64,000 nucleotides of DNA from Minisyncoccia bacterium (lineage in GTDB: Bacteria; Patescibacteriota; Minisyncoccia; UBA6257; 2-01-FULL-56-20), in assembly GCA_049997875.1 (NCBI GenBank), contig JBEKRC010000001.1:236609-300608 (forward strand), given 5' to 3'. Shown here piece by piece: positions 56,340 to 64,000 of the stretch; the stretch's first letter is position 1, and each line of letters opens with the position of its first letter. The position numbers and the translations under genes are program-made. The notes below the pieces were generated by a model that did no database searches, was not told the origin of the DNA, and saw only the letters and a program-made list of their open reading frames with translations.

Positions 56340-56471
56340 TTAGAACAAAAGCCGATAGATGATTATAACGAGAGCGATAACGAGCAATACGTGGATCAAT
56401 TTCCCCCCTATTTTGAAGCCGAATCCCAACAACCAAAGAACGAATAGAACGATGATGATTGTCCAAAGCAT
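56340..56471 (-). CDS. Lmo0937/DUF5670-like small membrane protein (below ORF-track cutoff)
   Basis: MLWTIIIVLFVLWLLGFGFKIGGKLIHVLLVIALVIIIYRLLF. Confidence 0.8.
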   Translation of the reverse strand: MLWTIIIVLFVLWLLGFGFKIGGKLIHVLLVIALVIIIYRLLF

Positions 56472-56614
56472 GCTTTTAGTATAGCACATTCCCGTCTGTT
56501 AACCGCAATTTAGCGGAGTCCTTTCGCCCTGCGACTTTTTGTCGCCTGATCTGAACCTCTCTAAGCACTGAAAAACCGAGGGGGAACTGTCCCTCGAACG
56601 GGTGTGCAACATTG

Positions 56615-56701
56615 CGGAGGCGGAAGGATTCGAACCTTCGAAGGGATTTCTCCCTTAACATCTTAGCAGGATGCTGCTTTAAGCCGCTCAGCCACGCCTC
56701 C
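56615..56701 (-). tRNA. tRNA-Ser(GCT), CCA not encoded
   Basis: GGAGGCG acceptor, CT-GCT-AA loop, long variable arm, GGTTCGAATCC. Confidence 0.95.
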
Positions 56702-56768
56702 AAACTACTTCGTCATAGTACACGAGAAACTTGTTTTTATCAAGATTTTCTGCTACATTTCATTGGTT

Positions 56769-58370
56769 ATGGCAAGTGAGACGGCGACAAAAAATCTGAA
56801 ATCGCGCCCGCCAATCGTGGTCGTCGTTGGGCACGTGGACCACGGGAAGACGACGCTTCTGGATTACATCCGGAAGACGAACGTTGCGGCGCGGGAGGCG
56901 GGCGGCATCACGCAGGCCGTGGGCGCGTACGAGATTGTGCACGCACCGGCGGGCGCCAAGGAGGGAAACGCGCCAGGCGGCGGCGCACCAAGCGGTGTGC
57001 TGCGGAAGATTACCTTTATTGACACGCCCGGGCACGAGGCGTTCATGGCGATGCGTGCGCGCGGGGCGCAGACGGCGGACATGGCGATCCTTGTTGTTGC
57101 CGCAGACGAGGGGGTAAAGCCGCAAACAAAAGAATCCATCAAGATTTTGGAGGACGCGAAGACGCCGTTCATCGTCGCGTTCAACAAAATTGACAAAGTG
57201 CAGGGCGGCAATTTTGAAAAGGCAAAAACGGACTTGATGAATGCGGGGGTGATGCTTGAGGGTTACGGCGGGCAGATAAGTTATCATGGGGTTTCCGCAA
57301 AGACGGGCGAGGGCGTAGGCGAGCTTTTAGACTTAGTGCTCCTCGCCTCCGACATGGAAGATTTGACATACGATCCTAAGGCTCCGGCTTCCGGCTATGT
57401 TCTTGAGGCGCGGCGCGATCCGCAGCGCGGCATTGAAGCAAGCGTGATCGTAAAAAACGGGACGCTCCACCGCGGCGATCCGGTCGCGACGCATACGGCG
57501 AGCGGCAAGGTGAAAATGCTTGAGGATTTTGCCGGGAAGTCCGCGGCGAGCCTGGAGCCGTCCGCGCCTGCGGTGATCATCGGTTTTGAGGAGCTTCCGA
57601 AAGTCGGGGAGGAATTTGCAGTGGGGGGACCCAAGGAGGCTGCATCATCTGCGCAGCGCGCCGTGGCTGCCACACAGATTGCAAAATCAAAACCGAACAC
57701 GCTGAATCTGATCCTCAAGGCTTCCGACGCTGGATCGCTTGAGGCGCTTTCGGCAGTCTTGAAGAGTGTTGATAAGCAAGGTGGCAAGGAAGTCAATGTG
57801 GTTGAGGAATCAGTGGGTGCCGTGACCGACGGTGACGTACGGCGCGCGCAGGCGACCAACGCTACGATTATCGGGTTTAAAAATAAAGTGGAGAAAGGCG
57901 CGAGGAACCTTGCGGATGCGCAATCGGTCATGATCATTACGTCGGAAGTCGTCTACGACCTCGTGAAGGCCGTGGAAGATTTCCTTGCCGGAAAACTGGG
58001 TCCGGCAGCCGCAGGGGAGCTTGAGGTGCTCGCGGTTTTTAATCAGGACAAGCTGGATAAACAGCTCCTCGGGGGGCGTGTGGTGAACGGCATCTTCCGC
58101 GAAAAGGCATCGTTTGAAATTCTGCGGCGCGGCACGGCGGAGGTTGCTCCCGGGAAAGGTGCCGACGAGAAGGGCGCTCCTGTGGAAGGCGCTCCGGAGG
58201 GAGGTGCTTCTCGCGATGTGCCAAAAGCGGCGGTCGGCACGGGTCGCGTCCTCAATCTGCGCGAGAAGAAATCGGAAATCACTCAGGCGGAAAAAGGAAA
58301 GGAGATCGGCGTACTCGCGAACTCGCAGGTGTTGATCAAAACGGGCGACATGCTCGTCATTCATAAATAA
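56769..58370 (+). CDS. infB: Translation initiation factor IF-2 (short, lacks long N-terminus)
   Basis: [28 protein letters not shown]. Confidence 0.95.
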   Translation: MASETATKNLKSRPPIVVVVGHVDHGKTTLLDYIRKTNVAAREAGGITQAVGAYEIVHAPAGAKEGNAPGGGAPSGVLRKITFIDTPGHEAFMAMRARGAQTADMAILVVAADEGVKPQTKESIKILEDAKTPFIVAFNKIDKVQGGNFEKAKTDLMNAGVMLEGYGGQISYHGVSAKTGEGVGELLDLVLLASDMEDLTYDPKAPASGYVLEARRDPQRGIEASVIVKNGTLHRGDPVATHTASGKVKMLEDFAGKSAASLEPSAPAVIIGFEELPKVGEEFAVGGPKEAASSAQRAVAATQIAKSKPNTLNLILKASDAGSLEALSAVLKSVDKQGGKEVNVVEESVGAVTDGDVRRAQATNATIIGFKNKVEKGARNLADAQSVMIITSEVVYDLVKAVEDFLAGKLGPAAAGELEVLAVFNQDKLDKQLLGGRVVNGIFREKASFEILRRGTAEVAPGKGADEKGAPVEGAPEGGASRDVPKAAVGTGRVLNLREKKSEITQAEKGKEIGVLANSQVLIKTGDMLVIHK

Positions 58371-58377
58371 TTTCGCA

Positions 58378-58707
58378 ATGCGTTTTTTTCGTTCCGAGCG
58401 GGTCGGCAAATTAATACGTGCGGAATTTTCAAAGATCATTATCCGGGAGGTTGAATTTCCCGATGCCCTCGTCACGATCACCGCGGTTACGGTGGATAAA
58501 AAGTTGGAGCGTGCGAAGGTCGGCGTGAGTGCGATCCCGTCGTCTGCAGGCGACGCCGTATTCGCCGAACTCCAAAAGCGCGTGGGCTATCTCCAGTATC
58601 TTTTGGCGAAAAAGATCAATATCAAGCCGATGCCGCGGATATCGTTCTATATTGATCATGGCGTGGAGAATGCCGCGGCGGTTGAAAAAGCGCTCTTAAA
58701 AAAGTAA
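58378..58707 (+). CDS. rbfA: Ribosome-binding factor A
   Basis: Follows infB; RSERV, VTIT.V, P.I.F..D. Confidence 0.88.
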   Translation: MRFFRSERVGKLIRAEFSKIIIREVEFPDALVTITAVTVDKKLERAKVGVSAIPSSAGDAVFAELQKRVGYLQYLLAKKINIKPMPRISFYIDHGVENAAAVEKALLKK

Positions 58708-58718
58708 GATTGAAGCAC

Positions 58719-58791
58719 GGCCTGGTAGCCAAATGGTCAAGGCATGGGTCTGCAAAACCCATATACGCGGGTTCGATTCCCGCCCAGGCCT
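58719..58791 (+). tRNA. tRNA-Cys(GCA)
   Basis: GGCCTGG/CCAGGCC acceptor, CT-GCA-AA loop, U discriminator. Confidence 0.95.
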
Positions 58792-58850
58792 CACGCAAGA
58801 CGCATTCTTGCGGGCGCGGTAAAATTAGTTTAGATTTAATTTGGTTTTAT

Positions 58851-58933
58851 GCCCAGGTGGCGGAATGGTATACGCGCGACGCTTAAAACGTTGTGAGCGA
58901 AAGCTCATGCCGGTCCGACTCCGGCCCTGGGCA
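58851..58933 (+). tRNA. tRNA-Leu(TAA) with atypical T-loop
   Basis: GCCCAGG/CCTGGGC acceptor, CT-TAA-AA loop, variable arm, T-loop TCCGACT. Confidence 0.9.
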
Positions 58934-58951
58934 CGATTAAATAAAATAAAA

Positions 58952-59836
58952 ATGGCGATGGAAAAATATCAACCAAGCGGAGAAGAGGTGGCGCTTAAAA
59001 CAATAAAGGAGCGAATTGAGTTGTCTTTGCGGGAACCGGAAACGCGCCAAAAGGTTAAAGGTGACTTCACGCATACTTTCCACGAGCTCGGTCTTTCACC
59101 CGAACAAGCGAAGCAGCTTTGCGAAAATGTCTTCTCTTTACTTTCCACTGATGAACCATTGCCGGAAATTGAAACTGAAATCTTACACATATTTGAAGGA
59201 ACAAAATTGAAAGTTGGTGATAGGGAAGAAAACCTTATTGAAGTTTTGCATGAAAAGCTTGGGAACCGAGCCAGAATTATTGCCTCTCAGGTTTCGCCGT
59301 ACTTGAGAGACATCAAAGGAAAGGTAATTGATTATGGCGCTGGCGATGGGCAAGTTACGCAAATTTTGCACGATAAGCTTGGTTTGGACATTGAGGGTGT
59401 CGACGTGCGGTCATATAAGGCATCGGAGGTATCTGTTCCCGTTTTGCTTTTTAACGGCAGACGGGTAGATGTCGGCAGCGGGAATTATGAAGCTGGTTTG
59501 CTTGCAAACATTCTTCATCACGAGAAAGATAACGAAAATATTTTGAATGAACTTGATAGGATTGTTCGCCGGAGACTTGTAATTATCGAAACCGTTCCCG
59601 TCGGTGAAACCGAAGACGATATGGAGGGAGACAAGAATAGAACTTTTATGAACGACTACCTATATAATCGCCTTTTTCACAACGCCGATGTGCCTGTCCC
59701 CGGCACTTTCGAAACGCCGGGGAAATGGATTGAGCGTTTTACACAATATGGTTGGAAATTGGTTCGTGAAAGAGATTTAAAATTTGACCAGCCAACAATC
59801 AAGGACAGGCATTATTTGTTGGTGTTTGAAAAATAG
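58952..59836 (+). CDS. Class I SAM-dependent methyltransferase
   Basis: VIDYGAGDG, GVDV, ILHH, LVIIE. Confidence 0.85.
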   Translation: MAMEKYQPSGEEVALKTIKERIELSLREPETRQKVKGDFTHTFHELGLSPEQAKQLCENVFSLLSTDEPLPEIETEILHIFEGTKLKVGDREENLIEVLHEKLGNRARIIASQVSPYLRDIKGKVIDYGAGDGQVTQILHDKLGLDIEGVDVRSYKASEVSVPVLLFNGRRVDVGSGNYEAGLLANILHHEKDNENILNELDRIVRRRLVIIETVPVGETEDDMEGDKNRTFMNDYLYNRLFHNADVPVPGTFETPGKWIERFTQYGWKLVRERDLKFDQPTIKDRHYLLVFEK

Positions 59837-59926
59837 AGGATTTACTGCCGCTTTGTCTTTGGCTTCGGCGAGAAGTAATCATATGCAAACAATATTAAAT
59901 TTTTATTAACAAAAGGCGCGTTCCTT

Positions 59927-60014
59927 TGGTGCCCGGGGTGGGAGTCGAACCCACATGACCTTGCGATCACAGGATTTTGAGTCCTGCGCGTATAGCCAAT
60001 TCCGCCACCCGGGC
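59927..60014 (-). tRNA. tRNA-Leu(CAA), CCA encoded
   Basis: GCCCGGG acceptor, CT-CAA-AA loop, GGTTCGACTCC, ACCA end. Confidence 0.95.
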
Positions 60015-60091
60015 GCGTGGGGCGCGTGGGGCTGTAACCTCGCACGCTCGCACGATTGATAATAGTTATTTTACACGGTAAAATCAAGCTA

Positions 60092-60910
60092 ATGGCGCGC
60101 GTGATCGCGATTTGCAATCAGAAGGGAGGCGTGGGAAAAAGCACGTCTGCGGTGGGGCTCGGCGCATACCTTGCGGTTGCGGGTCGGCGCGTGTTGCTCA
60201 TTGACTTTGACCCGCAGGCGAACGCGAGTTCGGCGCTGGGCCACAATATAAAAGAAGGGCCAAGCGTCTATCACGGTATTCTGGGGACCGTGTCATACGA
60301 ACAAATCGTGAAGCCGACCGTTATTTTTAATTTTCATCTTGCTCCCGCGGCGCCGCACCTTGCAGGGGCGCTCGTGGAACTTGTGGACGTGCCCGAACGC
60401 GAGTACTTTTTGCGGAAGTTCGTAAACCGGCTGCGGCACAATTATGATTATATTTTGATAGACCTTCCGCCGAGCTTGAGTTTGCTCACGGTGAACGGGC
60501 TTGTTGCTGCGGACGAAGTGCTCATTCCCGTGCAGGCGGAGTATTACAGTTTGGAAGGCATTGGGCAGCTTTTGGAGACGGTGGAGCTCATCAGGAACAA
60601 TCTGAAGCATCCGCTCCGCATCGCGGGAGCGTTCATCACGATGTACGACAAGCGCGAGCACTTGAGCCGCGAGGTTTCAAAAAACCTCCGGCGGCATTTC
60701 CCGCATCACGTGTTTGCAGTAGAGATCCCGCGCGCGGTCGCGCTTGCGGAGGCGCCGAGTTTTTCAAAGCCAATTATTTTATACCGGCCGGATTCGCCGG
60801 GGGCCACGGCGTATAAACGGCTCGCGGACGAGATCATGGGACAGGAAAAGGATTTCAATCTGCCGCGGGAGGTCGTCGCGAGCGAAAATTTCGGGAATTT
60901 CAATATTTGA
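60092..60910 (+). CDS. parA: Chromosome partitioning ATPase ParA/Soj
   Basis: NQKGGVGKS, DFDPQAN, IDLPP, PVQAEYY, LAEAPS. Confidence 0.95.
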   Translation: MARVIAICNQKGGVGKSTSAVGLGAYLAVAGRRVLLIDFDPQANASSALGHNIKEGPSVYHGILGTVSYEQIVKPTVIFNFHLAPAAPHLAGALVELVDVPEREYFLRKFVNRLRHNYDYILIDLPPSLSLLTVNGLVAADEVLIPVQAEYYSLEGIGQLLETVELIRNNLKHPLRIAGAFITMYDKREHLSREVSKNLRRHFPHHVFAVEIPRAVALAEAPSFSKPIILYRPDSPGATAYKRLADEIMGQEKDFNLPREVVASENFGNFNI

Positions 60911-60922
60911 TTTACTGCGCAT

Positions 60923-62122
60923 ATGCTTGGCAAAGGACTTGAGTCGTTAATACCGAAGAAGGGGGACGGAAGCGGCGGCGGCGGCGGTAACGGGAACGGC
61001 GGCGGGAGCGGCGGGCAGAATGTTCCGTCATCGCAGCCGCCGGTTTCGCAGACGCCAGCTCCACAGGCGCTGGCTCTGCCGCCGGATTCGGAAATGGAAA
61101 TTGTGCGCGCCGATGCGGCACGGGAAGAGCCGCGCGTAGCCCCGCCAATTGAAGCGCGAGCGGCAGCCGCACCGATTTCGCAACCGCAATCGCAACCCCA
61201 GCAACCGCAACCCGCACGGCCGCAACTACAGCCAACGGTTCCTCCCGCGTCAGATGCGGCAAAAGCGTTTAACGGCGAACCGCAGGAAATGGGCTCGGTC
61301 TTTCATATTGAAGTGGACAGGATAACGCCGAATCCGAACCAGCCGCGCCGGAACTTTGACGAAGCGGGGCTTCGCGACCTCGCACATTCCATCCGCGAGT
61401 TTGGATTTCTCCAACCACTTGTCGTTTCGCGCATTGAAAAAGAAACGTCCGGGGGCGTAGGCGTCGCATACCAATTGGTCGCGGGTGAGCGGCGGCTTCT
61501 GGCCGCGAAAATGCTCGGGCTCGCGACGGTGCCCGCCATTATCCGGAACGTGGATCTTGAACGCGAAAAATTGGAGCTCGCCGTTTTGGAAAATATCCAG
61601 CGCGAGAATTTGAATCCGATAGAGGCCGCGCGCGCGTTCCAACGGTTGCAGGAGGAATTCCGGATGACCCAGCGCGAGATTGCGGCGAAGCTCGGCAAGT
61701 CACGGGAGGTTGTGGCGAACGCCGTGCGACTTTTGGATCTTCCCGAATACATCCGGACGGCGGTGGAAAAAGGGACGATCTCCGAGAGCAGCGCGCGATT
61801 ACTTTTGGCCGTTCCCGACCCGGGCGCGCAGCAGCGCCTTTTTGAGGATATCGTGCAGCATGGGCTCACGACGCGCGATGTGAGGGAGCGCGTAGGAGAA
61901 CTCGGCAGCAGTGTCGCGGGCGGGCGTCGCCGCGGCCGGCCGCCAAAGAGCGCGGAAGCGCCCCTGCCGCCGGAACTCAAAGCGATGCAGGAATCGTTGA
62001 GCGCGGACCTCGGTGCGCCCGTCACGATCCACAAAGGCGCGGGCACCGGCAAGATCACCATCGCCTTTTACTCAGAAGAGGAATTGGAAAACATTCTGCG
62101 TCGGCTCGGTTCCGGCAGCTAG
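60923..62122 (+). CDS. parB: ParB/Spo0J with long low-complexity N-terminal linker
   Basis: LGKGLESLI, NPNQPR, AGERR, ENIQRENL, HTH. Confidence 0.95.
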   Translation: MLGKGLESLIPKKGDGSGGGGGNGNGGGSGGQNVPSSQPPVSQTPAPQALALPPDSEMEIVRADAAREEPRVAPPIEARAAAAPISQPQSQPQQPQPARPQLQPTVPPASDAAKAFNGEPQEMGSVFHIEVDRITPNPNQPRRNFDEAGLRDLAHSIREFGFLQPLVVSRIEKETSGGVGVAYQLVAGERRLLAAKMLGLATVPAIIRNVDLEREKLELAVLENIQRENLNPIEAARAFQRLQEEFRMTQREIAAKLGKSREVVANAVRLLDLPEYIRTAVEKGTISESSARLLLAVPDPGAQQRLFEDIVQHGLTTRDVRERVGELGSSVAGGRRRGRPPKSAEAPLPPELKAMQESLSADLGAPVTIHKGAGTGKITIAFYSEEELENILRRLGSGS

Positions 62123-62165
62123 TTCTATCAGCCGACCGCGTCACTCACGACAGTTAAATTACCAG

Positions 62166-63863
62166 CTACAGCAGTTTGTAGCTTTCTTCCTTCACTTCTT
62201 TTATCGCTTTCAGCTTGACGATCAGTTTGTCAATTTTGTCCTTATCAGCGGTTTTGATTTCAATCCGATAGAATTGGTAGCGGCCCCCTCTCGGGTTTTC
62301 GGTGTAAAAGTTAATGATGGCGAGGTGCTGGCGCGCGATCACCTCTGAAATGTTTCTGATGAGGCCGATGCGGGGTTCCACCGTGAGCTTCAATTCCGCA
62401 TGCGTGGGCGCTTTCGCCATGCGCACGAACTTGTTTTTCCCGCGCAGCGCCCCGCGAATGTGGTCACGGGCGATGCCGGTCGCGACGAAGCGGAGCCAGT
62501 CATCCGACGGTTTTTTCCCTTTTTGGGTGATAATGTAGACCACGTCCCCCGATTTCAGCTTGTGGTCAAGCGGCACGAGCGTGCCGTTCACCCGCGCCCC
62601 TGCGGCAGTGTTCCCGATGGCAGAGTGGATATGATACGCGAAATCCACGGGCGTGGCGCCCTGCGGCAGGTCAATGACGTCGCCGCGCGGCGTGACGGCA
62701 AAGATGCGTCCGCGGAAGAAGTCAATCTTCATCGCGTCCAAAAATTCTTCCGGTTTTTCTCCTCCGCCAAAGAACCGCTCTTGCCAAGCTCGGAGTTGCT
62801 GTACCCAGGAGAGATCTTCTGCGAGCTGTTTCCCGGAAATTTTTTCGCCGCGGCGTTTCTGGTCGTAGAGCCAGTGCGCGGCGACGCCATATTCGTTCTC
62901 GTCGTGCATTTCCCTCGTCCGTATTTGAAACTCAATTGTTTTGTCGTCCGGGCCGATCACCGTGGTGTGCAAGCTGCGGTAACCGTTCGGTTTCGGCAAG
63001 GCGACGTAGTCCTTGATGCGGTGGGGAACCGGCGGCCACGCTTCATGGATCACGCCGAGCGCGGCGTAGCATTCGGGGACGGTGGCTACGATCACGCGCA
63101 TCGCGACGAGGTCGTAGATTTTCCCCATGTTCATGTCGCGGCGCAGAAGTTTTTTATACAAACTGGCGTAACGTTTGGCCCGGATTTCTATATCCAGCGG
63201 TTTGATCGCGTGTTCCTCAAGGAGCTTGCGCACCTGCGGTTTCATCTTTTCCAAATATGCGAGCCGTTCTTTATATTGCTCTTTTGCCGTGGAAAGGAGC
63301 CATCGGTAGTCGGCAGGATGGAGATAGGGGAACGCGAGATCTTCCAGTTCGCCGGAAAGATTGTGCATGCCGAGGCGGTAGGCGAGCGGCGCGTAGATCT
63401 CATCCGTCTCCATCGCGATCCGCTTTTGCTTTGCAGGGGGGAGCGCCGCGAGCGTCTGCATGTTATGGAGGCGGTCGGCGAGCTTGATGAAAACGACGCG
63501 GAGGTCCTCGGAAATCGCGAGGATCATTTTCCGGAGATTTTCCGCCCTGTTTTCCGCGCCGCGGTATTTGATGCGGCCGAGTTTTGTGACGCCGTCCACG
63601 AGGAATGCGACATCGTCTCCGAAGTCCTTTTTTACGGTTTCAAGAGGAAGGCCGGTGTCTTCCACGGTGTCGTGCAGGAGGCCCGCGGCGACCGTGTCTT
63701 CGTCAAGGTGCCACCCATTCAACGTTTCCGCAGTCGCGAGCGGGTGATTAAAGTAGGGCTCGCCGGTTTTCCTTTGTTGCACTTTGTGCACTCGGAGAGC
63801 GAAGGCGTATGCTTTGCCGATCAGGCTGTCGGGTTGTTTTTTGGCGAGCTCCTTTATAGTCAT
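62166..63863 (-). CDS. rel: RelA/SpoT homolog (HD + synthetase + TGS + ACT)
   Basis: LHDTVEDT, KLADRLHN, APLAYRLG, KPNGYRSLHT, TPVDFAY. Confidence 0.95.
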   Translation of the reverse strand: MTIKELAKKQPDSLIGKAYAFALRVHKVQQRKTGEPYFNHPLATAETLNGWHLDEDTVAAGLLHDTVEDTGLPLETVKKDFGDDVAFLVDGVTKLGRIKYRGAENRAENLRKMILAISEDLRVVFIKLADRLHNMQTLAALPPAKQKRIAMETDEIYAPLAYRLGMHNLSGELEDLAFPYLHPADYRWLLSTAKEQYKERLAYLEKMKPQVRKLLEEHAIKPLDIEIRAKRYASLYKKLLRRDMNMGKIYDLVAMRVIVATVPECYAALGVIHEAWPPVPHRIKDYVALPKPNGYRSLHTTVIGPDDKTIEFQIRTREMHDENEYGVAAHWLYDQKRRGEKISGKQLAEDLSWVQQLRAWQERFFGGGEKPEEFLDAMKIDFFRGRIFAVTPRGDVIDLPQGATPVDFAYHIHSAIGNTAAGARVNGTLVPLDHKLKSGDVVYIITQKGKKPSDDWLRFVATGIARDHIRGALRGKNKFVRMAKAPTHAELKLTVEPRIGLIRNISEVIARQHLAIINFYTENPRGGRYQFYRIEIKTADKDKIDKLIVKLKAIKEVKEESYKLL

Positions 63864-63908
63864 GTACCTATCTTATGACCGCGGCGAGGCGCGCGCAAAT
63901 CCTGCGCG

Positions 63909-64000
63909 CTATTTTTTTACCTTCGCCTTCGGCGGGTTTTCTCGCCAACGCCTCAGCGCTTCCTCAAGGTCGGCCTCTGATTCGGGTTTTTTGTTCATCA
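63909..64000 (-). CDS. C-terminal fragment of a CDS entering from beyond the window
   Basis: Open frame ..NKKPESEADLEEALRRWRENPPKAKVKK*. Confidence 0.4.
   Translation of the reverse strand, partial: MNKKPESEADLEEALRRWRENPPKAKVKK

Noticed and set aside
46900-56620. Prophage or integrative element at tRNA-Ser(GCT)
   Set aside because: No integrase, phage genes or matching direct repeat of the tRNA-Ser 3' end found.
58841-58951. N-terminal extension of the methyltransferase ORF, plus ORFs 56476-56703, 59842-60117 and 23105-23342
   Set aside because: They overlap tRNA genes.
60011-60032. GGGCGCGTG tandem duplication upstream of tRNA-Leu(CAA)
   Set aside because: Only about two short copies; probably slippage.
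60092-62122. Plasmid partition system or parS site
   Set aside because: Chromosomal Soj/Spo0J type among core genes; no TGTTTCACGTGAAACA-like site seen.

Overview
This window looks like chromosome from a small-genome Patescibacteria/CPR (Parcubacteria-like) bacterium. That is an inference from the short IF2, archaeal-type PyrH, sphingomyelin-synthase-like PAP2, cohesin and PG-binding surface proteins, and pervasive leaderless genes. Bases 1-14.9 kb form a surface-glycan region: transaldolase, GmhA-/GmhB-like enzymes, nucleotidyltransferases, GT2s, Wzx, a WcaJ-like transferase and two DUF218 paralogs. Next come redox and chaperone genes (DsbA, NrdH, TrxB, CIRCE-groESL, lemA/htpX), an ApbE flavinylation module, TldD/E, an S53 protease and gyrB. 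After gyrB lie a small accessory islet (kinases, HNH, frameshifted RelE), secE-nusG-rpsR, pyrD and serA/serC. The window ends with infB-rbfA, parAB and rel; five tRNAs are spread between 23.2 and 60 kb. Main observations: (i) A 47-56.5 kb locus combines an output-less Cache-cohesin membrane protein, a sensor-less histidine kinase with a perfect 20-heptad repeat rod, a receiver, two DUF3494 ice-binding-like surface proteins that share a 14-nt leader motif, a class F sortase and a DEAD-box helicase. (ii) A 17-bp element sits exactly 6 nt upstream of the -35 box in four promoters, two of which drive small RNAs with no substantial ORF. (iii) There is a divergent 6S-like RNA candidate after gyrB. 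(iv) tRNA 3'-half relics follow stop codons. All calls come from reading motifs by eye; no database searches or folding programs were run.
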